From: Ophelia neglecta
Lineage: Eukaryota
Direction: 5' to 3'
DNA: 64,000 nt
NCBI GenBank assembly: GCA_965285935.1
Contig: OZ260662.1
Coordinates: 119,722,001-119,786,000, forward strand
A program made the translations under genes and the position numbers. A model generated the notes under the pieces. It ran no database searches. It was not told where the DNA came from and saw nothing but the letters and a program-made list of their open reading frames with translations. Shown here piece by piece: positions 10,701 to 24,665 of the stretch; position 1 is the stretch's first letter; every line of letters begins with the position of its first letter.

Positions 10701-13600
10701 GATTGTCGTTCCTGGATTTAGTCGAAATTCCATTTTGAATGTTTAAGGAACCAAGTTCTCGTCCAGAAGGTGAGGGGAAGCTATTTTGCGCTATCTTTGA
10801 AATGTGGTCCTGATGGGCATCACCTCTGAAGCAGAAGAGTGGCCGTCGGCGAATCATAAACTAGGGACAACACGCAATGCCTTCAAATCATGATTAATAG
10901 TGTCCTTTTCATGACAGGTGTCGGAAACAGAAGACGGAACCTACTATGCATTTGGAGTGAATGAGGAAATCGGGTAAAGCCTTATATATAGCAATTGTTT
11001 AGCAACCCTTGGAGTAGCACACTGAATTATGGTTAGTGGGATCTTTAGTTAGTGAACGACGCTGCATGGTGATACTGCAGAAGTGGATGGGTATGCCATT
11101 ATTGGATGGAGCAAACAGTTTCATTATACAGCAAGAAAAACACCTGGCCAGACACCAAAATCAGATCAAAGTCAAACTCCGTATACTCAATTTGTTTTGA
11201 AAGGTCCGTGGACCAACTTTTACCCCAAAATGAGTGAATTTCCCTTTTTCAGACATATTTATTAGACATCTACATCATAAATTGGCTATTACTGACATCC
11301 CAAACTTGTAAACAGTGAAGTGCAGCAGTTTGTTCTGTTTCATTCGACTGCAATTGAAACATAAAATTCAGCTTAGGTTGAAGCAAGGCCGCATTGTGTA
11401 TTGTGGACCTTAGTCTGTAGAACGAGACCATTGCTAGCACAACCTTTTCAATTGAAAAGTTGGATCAGAATGTTAATACGGTGTTTACCGTCTGCTAATG
11501 GTTCCAGATGAATTCGGGTGGATAAAAAGGTTAATGATTGATTGATCCTTTTGATTTGTCTCCCGTTTGTTTACACCGCACACCTTATCCCATAATATGG
11601 AAGTGTATTTGACTAGCGCAGTGGTTGCAATTTTGATATTATTGCTATTTGCCGCATTGCTGAAATATCGGATAGAATGAGAATTAGTGGCTTTTAAAAA
11701 TCTGTTTTGGCTGATATTCCCGCCATTTTGAGGATTTGGTTTTACTACAAAATTATTTCAACGAGAAAGATAATGTCAACGACCTGAACAAAATGGAAAT
11801 GACGCATAGATTTCATTTTAGTACGACTGTGAAGTACTGCCCCATTCCACTTACTGTCTGAATAAACCTGTGCCAGTGGCTGGGCTCAGCTGCTTGAAAA
11901 GAAAGGCAAATTATAGTATATGGATATGACTTTCAGTATCTTGTTTCGAAATGAGACGCTGGTACCGAAATAATCCGGTTCTCTGCATTTAGCCATTTAG
12001 TTTTCCATGTTATGCTATTTTCAAGCAATTTGAAACAAAGAACAATTGACAACATAGATCTGTTGGGAATCGATGAAATAGGATACTTCTGTTTCAGGGA
12101 CGGACATTCTATTTCTAATATGCGACAAAATCTATTTCCTCTTGTTTGGGTTAAACGAGGTTCGTATTATACGAATTGTTATCATCCAAGGCACGTGTCT
12201 GTTAGTTGGTGTAACCAGATTCCAAGCTCAATCATTAGACTAATTGGAACAAATTTTCCCTAATGGGTGACCCCCCTCCCCCCCAACAAAAAAACATAAA
12301 TTAGTCTGTGTTTCCTGCACAAGATTAACACTAGCATGGTAATCCCATTGTCATATTTTGTAAATAATTGTCGGAAGGAAATTATAGCGAACATTACAAT
12401 AATTTGATGGTCAAAATAGTCTATATGCTTCACACTACTGTACTACTTGCCATAGGAAGTAACTGGAGGCTCTAGTCGCGGCACTTATTACTAATATTTT
12501 CAATCTCCTATGAAGGAATCGTGAGCGGCAGACCAATTCCTAGAAACATCAAACAGTGTAGATGCAATTAAATGCTGCATCGTGACTGTAATAAACCGAC
12601 CTAATATATTCCAAGTCATTCATGTCATACAATTCCAAGAGTGCAACTGTGTAAGAAACGGGAGTGTATTCCTATTATTTAACTGATCCTATATTCTCTC
12701 AGTCAAACCACTGCATTTGTAGGTAATGGAGGGTGACAGGAAAGAAATTCATGAATAGCAATAATCTTTTTTCCTTATCAAACGGGGATATACTACGAGA
12801 CTTGCGGCCTTTTATGAATGGGTTTAACAAAAGGAGCGTCGCCCCGGTGTATATATCACAGATCCATGGCTTTGAGCTAAGCAGATTAAAACGGGCATAT
12901 TCCAAATTCAGATAAACATTCGACTGAATTGTCCAAGTATAAATCAATAAAGTATAACACGCGCATTGATGACTTGTGGAGTGCAAAGAAAAATTCAATT
13001 ATCTTTGAAAACGGGGGTGGATACAGGGGAGACAAAGGCAAGTCCTTAATCAGGAATAGTCCAATAATTCGGTCAATAAGCTTTTATATTTTTTTCAGAG
13101 ATGAAACATGGCTAAAGACAAGCTATTATATTCAGAAACTATAGATGAAAGGCTCTCTGTAAACACATCACCATTAAAGGGTATAAAAGTTCCCTGTACT
13201 CTAAAGAGGAAAACTGTATCATATCTTCCCGATTAAGTAACCCCTTAATAAATCCACCAAGCCACAGCATATGAAATATTAATATCATACTAGCTTCAAT
13301 GAAGGGGCGTGGCAGTAGCCATTACTCCAAATTCTACAAGAGGGTTAATCGGGCATTTAAAACCACATCGCTACTATACCTATTTGGTTTGTGAATACAA
13401 CTTTGTTCTTCGTGCACAAACCGGTGATCTTGATATAAGCCATCGAAATGTGGTTAGGATGTCCCAGGAATCCTGCCATTTATCATAAAGGGCCCTTAGG
13501 CACTTAATACATATAAAGAGAGGCAGGAAAAATCAGGAGAGGGCACACACTGGGTTTACGCAGCGTTATATCCGTCTATTAAGTGATGAACGAGATTCAG

Positions 13601-14447
13601 GAGTGAACAAGGGATAGGGGTACCGTTATATACGTCTACTATAGGATGGAGGGAAGCAAGAGTGAAAAGGGGTAGACGCACCGTTATATACGTCTACTAT
13701 AGGATGGAGGGAAGCAAGAGTGAAAAGGGGTAAACGCACCGTTATATACGTCTACTATAGGATGGAGGGAAGCAAGAGTGAACAAGGGGTAGACGCACCG
13801 TTATATCGCTATATAATAGGATGGAGGGAAGCAAGAGTGAAAAGTGGTAGACGCACCGTTATATACGTCTACTATAGGATGGAGGGAAGCAAGAGTGAAC
13901 AAGGGGTAGACGCACCGTTATATACGTCTACTATAAGATGGAGGGAAGCAGGAGTGAACAAAGGATAGACGCACCGTTATATACGTCTACTATAGGATGG
14001 AGGGAAGCATGAGTGAACAAGGGGTAGACGCACCGTTATATACGTTTATAATAGGATGGAGGGAAGCAAGAGTGAAAAGGGGTAGACGCACCGTTATATA
14101 CGTCTACTATAGGATGGAGGGAAGCAAGAGTGAACAAGGGGTAGACGCACCGTTATATACGTCTACTATAGGATGGAGGGAAGCAAGAGTGAACAAGGGG
14201 TAGACGTACCGTTATATACGTCTACTATAGGATGGAGGGAAGCAAGAGTGAACAAGAGGTAGACGTACCGTTATATCCGTCTATAATAGGATGGAGGGAA
14301 GCAGAAGAGAACTAGTGGTAGACGCACCGTTATATACGTCTACTATAGGATGGAGGGAAGCAAGAGTGAACAAGGGGTAGACGCACCGTTATATGCGTCT
14401 ACTATAGGATGGAGGGAAGCAAGAGTGAACAAGGGTAGACGCACCGT
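13601..14447. repeat. 58-59-bp tandem minisatellite, about 14.5 copies
   Basis: Unit GAGTGAACAAGGGGTAGACGCACCGTTATATACGTCTACTATAGGATGGAGGGAAGCAA repeated head-to-tail with no spacers. Confidence 0.97.
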
Positions 14448-15014
14448 ATCTTGTAGTTTATTGTCGTTATCTGCCTCAGCGTACATTCTTCGAAGACTAT
14501 ACCAACATAAATTACACTGCAAGGCTTTTATTTTATTATAATTCATATCACAATTAACGTAACACATGGGGAATTGTACAGTCCGAACTACGAACTTACT
14601 TTGATATATTGTGTGATAAATGTTATAAAAACGAAGGACAGAATAACATTAAATGATAGCTTAAATCTGTTAGAATATATAGTAAAGCGAAAGGAATCAT
14701 TTTACTAAAAGTACAAGTGGATGTATTTTAGGAAACATAGCATAAGATTACTCGCCTTTCAAATCAATTATTGACGTAGTGATGTCACGCAGTGTTAAAT
14801 ATATGTAAGTATATAAACAAAATTCAATGGATGTACAATAAAATTACAAATTAATTCCTTAGTTCAAATTCAAATAGTTCGAAAGTAATCTCTTTTCACC
14901 ACAAGTGTTAGTAGTGCAGGTCATACATTGTCCACACGAAACATCTCAGTAAGTTTGGCGTTGTGTTTGGTAGGTGGCACCATTAGATAAAGGGGTAGAG
15001 AATTTAAGGAGCTG

Positions 15015-18000
15015 CTAGGAAGCACCGTCATATTGGCCCCGTAGATGCTCGTAAATAGCTCCAGCCGAGGGTCCTCCTGAAAAGATACACACGAGACCAG
15101 TTTATATAGAACACAGTTTTACCTTTATTTGCTGTCTCTATATTGTGCCCAATTAATAGAAAAAGCACGTAATATTTCCTCCCAGGAAACCTACATATAT
15201 TACCATTAATTTTAAGAACAAGAAGTAACCTTCATTGTGCCTTTTTATGTTTTGTATATACTGTGTACCCAGAAATACTATAGCCGACATATGTAAGGGC
15301 AATCTATATTTCGTCTTAACGAAAATATAATGATTGCTTAGTACAACAGATTGCTAAGTACAAAATGTCCCAATATACACAAACATCAAATGTCTACATG
15401 ACATTCTAGGGAAAGGTGTGTAGCATGGAAATAGCGTGGCATGACTATCACGATACAAATACATCTATTAAATGTCAACATGAAACTTTGGGGGGAGGTG
15501 TGTGGCATGTGCATAGCGTGGCATGACTAGTCTTATTGTGAAGTTCATAGTCGAGTGCTTACCTTTACTATACGTCAAACACATAATCAAAAAACGAATT
15601 AATATACACCGAGAATATATATCGAGTACACTTGCCTGCTACATCTATTCTAAAGTAACTAGGTCTTGTTGCTAACTAAATCTAATTATTTTTGTTCTAT
15701 AAAAACGACTTGTTTATGGCAATAAAAACAATTTGAAATTAAACATTTATTTAACAGTTTCACAATTATACTATTTTAATCACTAATACCACATTTCTCG
15801 AATTTTTTTTATGCCTGTAATGCTTCTAGGTTTTTGTACAATTGAGATGTTGTCATTCTGACTCGTTCAAAGGAACAGTTGACTACTTCACCTTGCAAGT
15901 GATAACAATTCTAATGCTGTATTATTTCAATTACATGCTTATTTTACTGTTGGGAAGCTAAGAACTGATGTTTGTCGGTCTGCTGTTTGTGGTTCCGATG
16001 ATTTCGGAATGTTCCAATATCCTTTCCTTGATTAATGTTGTCTGTCGGGTTTCCACTCCCATCTTGACTATAATATTGACCACGATAATAGGACTGAGGC
16101 GCAGTCAAGAGCAGCCAAACCACTCAGAATATGGGCCACATTATCTAAATATATACTTTCATTATGTCGGTTGTTGTTGTTTGTGGTTTTACGTGGCTTT
16201 CAACACTTATCTGTCATATCGCCACAGTGCCTACTTGTGACAGTGGGCTCAATGCCCTCTTTAGAGTGCTGCCTCACTGGAGTACCTGCCGTAGACACCA
16301 GACAGGGAACCCCACCCAGTCACATTATACTGACACCGGGTTAACCAGCCCTGATACTACCCCCGTAATATCGGGCGCCTGGCAGGGGAGCTATCAGTAC
16401 GTCTTACGTCTTAGGTTTGACGCGATCGAGGTTCGAACCCCGATCTCCCACTTGCGAGGCGGACGCCCTAACCACTCGGCCACGGTGGTATCATTATGTT
16501 GGCATTATTTAGCTGGATGATTAAATTATACACTGAAGTTTAAGTAATGATATTCTAGGATAGTTCACCCAATTTCTTTACATTACACCTGTCTTTAGTT
16601 ATTATCATTTCCCACTATTTGTTTTAATAAACAGACATTCTGCCAGACAGTAACTAGGGACATTTTCATAAAATTCTAATAATATTTGTTTCTGAATTAT
16701 TTCACTTTCTTTAAGGTTTTGTTTTTCAGCAGTGTCTTATTTGACATCAAATTTGACTGAATTGAATGAGTGTCCCTTGATAATGAATAATACTAAAATA
16801 AATTCTACCCTCGTTCGCCATTTAAGATTTTATAATTTTAACCAGAAATAAAACTATGAATTTGTCCGCGTTGCTAAGTAAATGAATCTACGAAAAGATA
16901 AATCAACAACATGATGTTACTATACTTTGGAATGTGTATCATTCTGAAGGGAAACCATTGGGAGTTTGTGGCGAACAAACATTCACTCAATTTAATATAA
17001 AACGGAAACCTTGACACACATGAACAAGCTGTGCTGCCAAAAAGCTAGTGTTTACAAACATGAGACAACCAGGCGGCGCTACCGCCTTCTGTCACTAGCT
17101 AGACAGGTAGCCGCCTACCGTGAGCTCTGTAGGATGCCGACACGGAAGTCGGTGACATGGTATACAGTGTAGAGTCGTAGTGGTCACGTGACTAGAAGAA
17201 AGACATTTTAAATACCTATATATACCGACATTATAATTAAACATACACATTTACATAGTGCCCATTTCAATTCAACACATAAACCGACAGTATTTCAAAA
17301 GCGAAGGAGGTGACCAACTCTGTTTCGTAGCGCATGAGCTCACTTTTTACCAAACTTTCTTTTCAAATGGGATTAAGACTACATCTATTGTGACAAAAAC
17401 TATCGTAATGTATATGACTGGTTTGAAAGGACCGGATCATTAAGTGTAAGCTAGGCTTTCCATTAACGTATATATTTAATAGTTCTGGCGAGTATTCTAT
17501 CAAGCTCTCTCAGTATTTCAGTTTTATTTTTCGTATTTGAATGTTATCCAACCCTTCCTCTATCTATCGATGGAACAAAATAATATTCTTTTTCATTCCA
17601 ATGTCAATGCATTTTTCGAGAAATCCAAATAGAGCTATTGGAATTCTTTTTTTTTCTCCAATGGCGAACATGTTGACATCTTTGCTCAAGAAGTAGTTTC
17701 CAAAGAAATATAATCCCTTTGCAATGGTGTAAGGACTATCTTCTCTCCATGAATAAATGACACACGAAACTATAAATCATACTGCATCGTAACACCCCCC
17801 AGAATGAATCACATGTCAAATTAATATATACAAATCTGGATCATTATTTTATACAACACGTTTATACTTACTTTAGGAATACACCACTTGAGGCAGCAAG
17901 TAAGAATACAGCCGAGTGTGACACATATTACTGTAACTGTCAGACATAGCACGAAGATAACTACCATGACCAGGTATAAGATGCTGACCCTCTTCACGAC

Positions 18001-21000
18001 GTCACATGAACGCTCTTCTAGAACCCACCAGCGGCTCCCATCCGCCCTGAAGGATAATTAACGTTATTATTCCGAAATAACTAATTTTGAAAAATGTTAC
18101 ATCGTACTTTTGGTTTAAAGAAAACAACGCCTTCAAAAAACCGTCTCGATATTTGCCATTATTTGATCAGTGGACAGCCCTCAACGAGCTTCCAGGCATC
18201 ATATCATGAAACAGGCCATCATGATTTGGAAAAGCATTATCAAATACAATCCATCATCTCTAGATGGCATTCATCGTCTGGCAATTCCTTCAACAAGGTT
18301 AAATGAATCTACTTAAAATCACAGAGTTGTTTTCAGGAAAGTCATTATCATTCAGAATGAGAATCACGAATGTCACAGTTTTCCAACTCAATTGATGTTG
18401 AATAAGGATAAAAAGATATTTCTATTATGCATATGACAGCATAGACATTAACACTGGGATATCAAATACCTCATTAAATAATGGGAATACATGGGAAATT
18501 TGAACCACCAAAGTGTTAAGGATTATAACTGAAAGCACGAATTCCACTTACCATGTACACTTACATGAGGTGTCCTGCTGTATGCAGGCACCTAAGATAT
18601 GTGTTGTCACCCCGTACGCGTCAGGGGCTAGATACCCTGTCAGTGAGAAGAATATAAAGGATGCTACACCCAGGACAGAGGAGACAACAATCCAGACTCC
18701 TATCTGAAAAAAGTGAGTTTAATGCCTTATATATAGATGTCACATATAATATGAAGCAGGAATGTTTAATATATGGATGCCTCGCCGTAGAGGACGAAAT
18801 TTCACTCACCCACTTAAGGTTACTGCTCAGCATGCATACAACTCCAACGACACCCATTAGGACGGGCTACAAGTAATAATAGCATTATCAAAAACATTGT
18901 TAAACAAACTAACGGAGTTTATAGCTCAATAAAAAAAGGTAATCCTGAAACCGGCATAAAATTAGAAAAGTACCAGGATATTGCAGGGGTTTAACCATAT
19001 CCCGAAGCAGTGAATACCCGCCAGCCAAAGCTAAGTCATTCATAAAATACAGTCCATATAATCAGTCCGAACTCATAAGACACCGCCAATCTAAAAACAT
19101 ATATTACGTTGCCTGATCGTAAATAAATCATATTGAATTTAATCACAGCAAAATCTAGTTCATATCCCATGCACTAAGAAGTAGTCAGAAGTTTTCATGA
19201 CGAGATATCAAAGAAGAAAATATTCGTAGGATAGGCTAAGGTCTCTAATAATTTTGAGATTATAGATGAATTTGTAATAATAACAATGATAAGAGAAGGG
19301 TGTAGAGTCCCTGTATATTAAAGTGGAAAATTATATGAATTCTCCTCGATAGTGAAATAAGAGATAAATTGTGTAAAGTTAACCAATGATCCGTAATTCT
19401 ATGATGGATAAGGCTCTTCAATGGTTATGAGAAAATGATAGAATTTATTGTTCACACCTCTGGCTGTTGGTACTTTAAAAGTAAGGGCACGTGAAAATAA
19501 ATCACCGTAACTACAAAGTCTCAAGCTTCTCTAACTGTACCCTTGTTTTAATATGATTAGGTCAGCAGGGTATCATTACCACTATAAAACGTACACGATA
19601 AGTATAAACACTCTTAAATGGATATCAAACATCTCAAGTGACTTTTCTCTCTCATTTTTCCTTGCTAGATTTCGGAACCATCTATAGAACGGCGGGCAAA
19701 AATTTGGAAGACACATTTTTTAACCACATTTGGGACCAAATTTGCATTCTAACGTCCTTATCTGGCCCTTTAATATGTGCCCGCCATTATTTACCAACTC
19801 CAATTTTATTAAGAGTGTTAAGCTTAAAAGGTTTTCTTTCCATATTATCCACACACACTTTTGACATTGCTATTAATTTAAAATATTTGGATATTTGATA
19901 GGTTGTTATGGAAGGTAGATTTCCCTGGGGTCTGGACGGGGAATTCGGGGACGGGGAATTCGTGATATATACACATTCTCACATATACTCGGCATGCATT
20001 AAGACTGATATTGGCTATGGCATAATATAAGTTTTATCTATTTAACATGTGCTTTTAAGAATTTAAACATGGCTTTCGTTTGGCACCATTTTCAATATAA
20101 TTTGTTAGTGGTTCATCCGTCAGCATAAGAGTTATTACGCATGGCTGCATTATTATGAGCGATAACACCGGCATCTACAGCAACTCTATGTAAAGTGCAT
20201 AGGGACCCCAGTGTTATTGTGCCACGCCGGGCAAAGTATATGAAATAGCTGAGAAGAAGAAAAGCCTTGATTACAATAGAAGGAATGATTTCGGAACCCT
20301 TAATAATTTTCTATTTTTGATTTTCTTGCCTTGCCCATAAAGACCTTTTTGTATGAAAACTGGTCATTTTTCACCAGAAAAATTGAATTAAATCCATTTC
20401 AAATTTCAAAAAACTAACATTGATGCGATGTTTAGAAACTTTTTCATCTGTATTTCCTGCAATTTAAATGTTAATTGCTCCGCCGTCTTCGGGCCAATGC
20501 CAGGTCTTCCTGCCACAATGACGTGGCGGTTTCACCCATGACCATTAATAACTCTAAAAACACAACTTACATACTCTTCGTTTCCTGCAGATATCTAGGA
20601 CGTTTTCAATAATGATTCGACACCATCCATTCCTTCATGCAAACACCTCTGTTAATGAATACTCAACCAGACAGTCCCCATTGTAACATGTGATCAAGGC
20701 TAAACTGTTTGTAGTACATAAGTCACTTAGATATTAGGGCGGCTCCTTACGGAATGGTATTTGTGTTACAGTAATAGCAAATGTGTGACGTCGGAAATAC
20801 AATTATTCCTTTTCCCCGTCATGTTATTACATTTCTGGCGAAGAATATGAGGGTCCAATAATGTCAACGAACAGGAATTGTCCTACTAACAACGTCTGAT
20901 GCGCGTAGTGGGCTCTATAATGCGTGAATTTATTCCATTTGCCATTAATTTGGAGTAAGCTGGCTTAGGACATACGAAATTATATGGACTTTTCTGATAT

Positions 21001-23011
21001 ATGAGCAAACGTGGGAAGAATTAAAATTGTCTGTGTTGATAGGGAGAATAAACATTACTGGCTGGCAGCGGATTCGAACTTGTCAGCGTCTGAAATAGAG
21101 ATGCAGAAATCCTGGCCAATAGCCGCTCTGTGGACGAAGGTATAGGAGGTCGTTTTATATCCGGATCGAATTCTGCATTTTCCTAGCGTGGACGTGGCGA
21201 CACCTATGATAGCAAACTGCTGTTCATAATAAAGGAAGCGTCGGACACTGTGACAAATCTATAATTTACACTCCCTTGCCCATGGCTGCCATGCACTCGC
21301 TCTTCGACCTTTCATCTCACCCCTTGCTTTTGCAACTCGCTCCTCGCCAACTAGTGTACACACTCTTACGATATAGCCTTGCGGCTAATTGGCTAGCTGA
21401 TTAGTTGTTTCGTGATTTGATATAACTTGTTTGCTACTTTTTTCGTATGTAAGTGTTATTATGGCGACGAATTAAGACATTTGCTGCTTGATAAATTTTT
21501 TGGGTGCCTAGTGTAACATCATTTGGTTTTAGTAAAGGGATAAAGACATACACAATGACTTTAGATGTTAAGTTTTTGTTATTACTTTGATTCCTTTACT
21601 TTTGATAAACATCAGGGTGCACGTTGTCAAGGTGACACTTACCACCAATCCGAGACCCCATAGTCGCGGTAGATCGTCAAATGTCCCTGCGGCTGACATC
21701 AGATGCTGGTTAATCTTCGACCCTAACGCCATCAGTACGATTCCTATATAACCAATGGCAAACAAAAGGTAAGACAATTCATCCTGCTCCATATTCAAAT
21801 CATGCATCATCCCTACAACCAACACAGCTTACAATTTTTCAGGTATAGCTAATCCTATTCATATGTATTACTAACCTTTATTATTTGTACAATTGGTTGA
21901 TCAGTTCACGAGTTTAACTTAATGACTTGCTGTGTTTCGTTGTGTCGGGGGACAAATGAACGACTACATTCTCACTTGTTTATTCAATATTGAACGTACA
22001 GTTTTCGAGTTGTGATTCAAATAAACAGATACCAACATACAAACAAGCAAAACACAAATCTTCGACCAGCAGTGCAGGTAATATACATGATTGATGTCCA
22101 GGGCGACGAAAAAGAAGCGTTTATTCATTATTACGAAGCTTTATAAGGAGAACACTGGGTTCAATATTTTTACAATACGGTGGAAAATTCCCCCGTTACC
22201 CTTTGAATATCAGCTTTATTAACCTTGACGTGTTGTGTTTGGCTTTTGGGCGATTTGCCCTTAAAGAACGAGTCAGGCATTGAAATATGACAATGGGAAA
22301 TTTTGTAGCGTCAGTGCAGTGCGCAAAGATGGCATAAACGGATGAAATATGGAATGCTGTAACGGAAATCCATGCTCTAACGGACTTAATAGTATTTGAT
22401 AAAAAATGAAATTGATCATAGCCAAATATAAAGCCGCAATAGGTGGCTAAGGTTAGTGTTGTGTGATTTCGATGCAGCCTGAGAGGACGGGGTCAATCTG
22501 GTTCCCGTATCTGTCGATCCAAGTCGCTTTGGAAATATAAATGTCTGTTCGACCTTCGGGGAAAGAAGCCCGGGTCTAACTCGTTCAATAGATGTATCCT
22601 AACTAGGAAATGCTTGCCGAAAATGTTGGGAGCACAAACATTGAAATAAGGAAGAGGAGGTGGTGACTAAAATGTATTTCAGCAATAGCATCAAGAATAA
22701 CATAAAGCGATTACATATAGTGAGTCATAGCGGCCTTGCTCGTATAAGGATCAGAACTTGTGATTCAGGTGAGGGCCCCGTATAAGACGCCATCGGCACG
22801 AATTGACATATTTTAAAAGTTACATAAAGAACATGTTCACAAAGAAAAAGTAAATCAAAAGACATTTAGAACAAATATGTGACCTTAGCTGCGCCCCATT
22901 GAATCCGACATCGGCCTTACCTGTTACAATAAGAAGTAGGTTTAGTCCAACCATGGCCCCTCGGATGCCCGCATAGACCTGGTGGTTGGTGACCGAATTC
23001 TCAGGTGTCAT
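15015..23011 (-). CDS. Four-transmembrane CD20/MS4A-superfamily-like protein, copy 1 (about 236 aa, 7 exons)
   Basis: Exons 23011-22921, 21743-21643, 18866-18810, 18703-18552, 18046-17872, 17191-17119, 15076-15015. All junctions are GT-AG and phase-compatible (711 nt, open). Four hydrophobic helices, Cys-rich second loop (C..QDTSCKC.WADGSRWWVLE..SC), Cys cluster after TM4, tail ending AIYEHLRGQYDGAS*. Exons 2-7 match copy 3. The start codon is uncertain because the frame is open further upstream. Confidence 0.85.
16171..16490 (-). mobile_element. tRNA-derived SINE with Meta/MESC-like central domain, in intron 6 of copy 1
   Basis: On the minus strand: A box TGGCCGAGTGG, B box GGTTCGAACC, central CCGGTGTCAGTATAATGTGACTGGGTGG, (AAC)n tail. 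12-bp TSD TCATTATGTYGG at 16159-16170 and 16491-16502. Confidence 0.88.
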
Positions 23012-24567
23012 TATCATTAGTTTCTCTGGTGCTTGATAGATATCTTGATGGTCGTATCCTCGAAATAATCTGATAGATTTTTCGAAAATAGCCTTATAGT
23101 GTTTTGATATGCTCGCAGAAACGTAAACTATAGTTGCCATCCAAACTGCCAGTTGAACAAGTTGAACTTGGACAAATACTAGATATACCGCCACTGTAAC
23201 TCATGTGGGTTGTTTTCGAACACATCTTATTTATATCTAATGTATTAATTGCCAACCTCTAGATAGTCGCCTTCTTACTCCAGTGGTTGCCTAGACCCCG
23301 CACTGCTCTCCACTTATCTTTTCTTGTCGCACATATAAGCTCCCAGCAGTATATAATCCTAATTATTCGTTTTACAATCACCACTTCCTGACGATGACGT
23401 TAATCACTCTTAATGATGACGTTTACCACTCCCTAATGATAACATACATGCTACTATTGGCACAATACACCAGATGTACTCTCCCGATATAATGGACTGC
23501 GCAAACAGAAATGTTCTTTGGTCAAACACAATAACTACGGTCTTCACCACAGATATCATAATGCCGTGATATTGCTTTATGAAATAGACAATAAATCACT
23601 CTGTTGCTGTGGATTTATCTAGTGCGTCCTAAGTATTCTGCGCTTTCTCTTGAACCAGCACCTATCCAACAGTAAATTACATCAGACAGAACTTAGTGCA
23701 TATCCGTGCAGCCTGAAATGTGGGTTCGGTGTATCGTAAAGACGTGTAGCAAATTCCCCTTTCGATATGGCATTTCATGGCCTTTACCACCCTAACGTTT
23801 GGAGTTTGAACAAACACTTAGACAAGTTTTCATAGATGAATACTTGAGCAGGATCTGACTCTGATAGAATACCGACTGTCAGTTCCATTCAACTGCATTT
23901 TATCCAACTCATAAAGCAGTCCGTATTTTCATGTCTCCATGAAGCTTCCTTATATACCCTCCGCCAAGCAGGCACTGAGCCTTGGCCAGTTCGATTCCCC
24001 AGCTGCTAACCTCTGTTCAACAGAGGCAATATGTCCGACTAGGTATTTACCTAGATGTCTGATCGTATATATCCTGTTCATTGTCTGCGATCTGCTTAGC
24101 GTGAGGCGGAGCGTTTCTCTTTGTGTCTATCGCTCATTCTGTCTCGGGGTATTTCTGTCCAGCGTATTGCCTGTGAGCAGTTAACGTGGGTCTCCTCAAC
24201 GCCACTGACTGACAGTTGCTATTTCAACCTTGTCTGTTATCCGGAGCGTAGTATATTTTAAAGGGCTAGGAGTAGTGTGTTAGGTGCGAATGGGCGTTTG
24301 TGGGCGGTACGATATCAAGGACTCGCCGGCTCTCTGTGCTCACGGTCATGTGACTTGTGAGGTGAGCTCAGGCGTTGTGCACCCATGATTGTTTCAGGAC
24401 TGGTGTCCGTAGGCTCGTTGTGTTAAGCGTTTTTGTCGGATCAGCGCAATCTTGCCGCCCATGAATATGTCAGGTCTTCGCGGACTTTCTAGGCCCAGGG
24501 CTTGGTCAAGAGAGCGCTCTTAACTCATGCCAATGCATGTGACATTCGTGCGCATTCTGTCGGTGTC

Positions 24568-24665
24568 AAGGGCTGTCACGTGGACGCCCCTTCTGTGTCC
24601 AGGCCCTGTTACATGGACGTCCCTTCTGTGTTAAAGGCTGTTTCGTGGATGCCCCTCCTGTGTCC
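24568..24665. repeat. Short degenerate tandem repeat of about 30 bp (3 copies)
   Basis: GGCTGT..C.TGGA.G.CCCT..TGTGT repeated three times. Confidence 0.6.

Noticed and set aside
13601-14447. CRISPR-like array, or coding ORFs 13720-14567
   Set aside because: Units are contiguous with no unique spacers, the context is eukaryotic, and there are no cas genes. The ORFs are artefacts of the repeat.
16410-16490. tRNA gene
   Set aside because: The tRNA-like head continues into a SINE body with a tail and TSD, so it is not a standalone tRNA.
17099-17118. Exon 6 read-through as the true C-terminus (GRRLPV* / GRRYDGGASVV*)
   Set aside because: The paralogs diverge right after the G|GTAGGC donor, whereas the downstream exon 7 shows synonymous conservation. 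It could still be a minor isoform.
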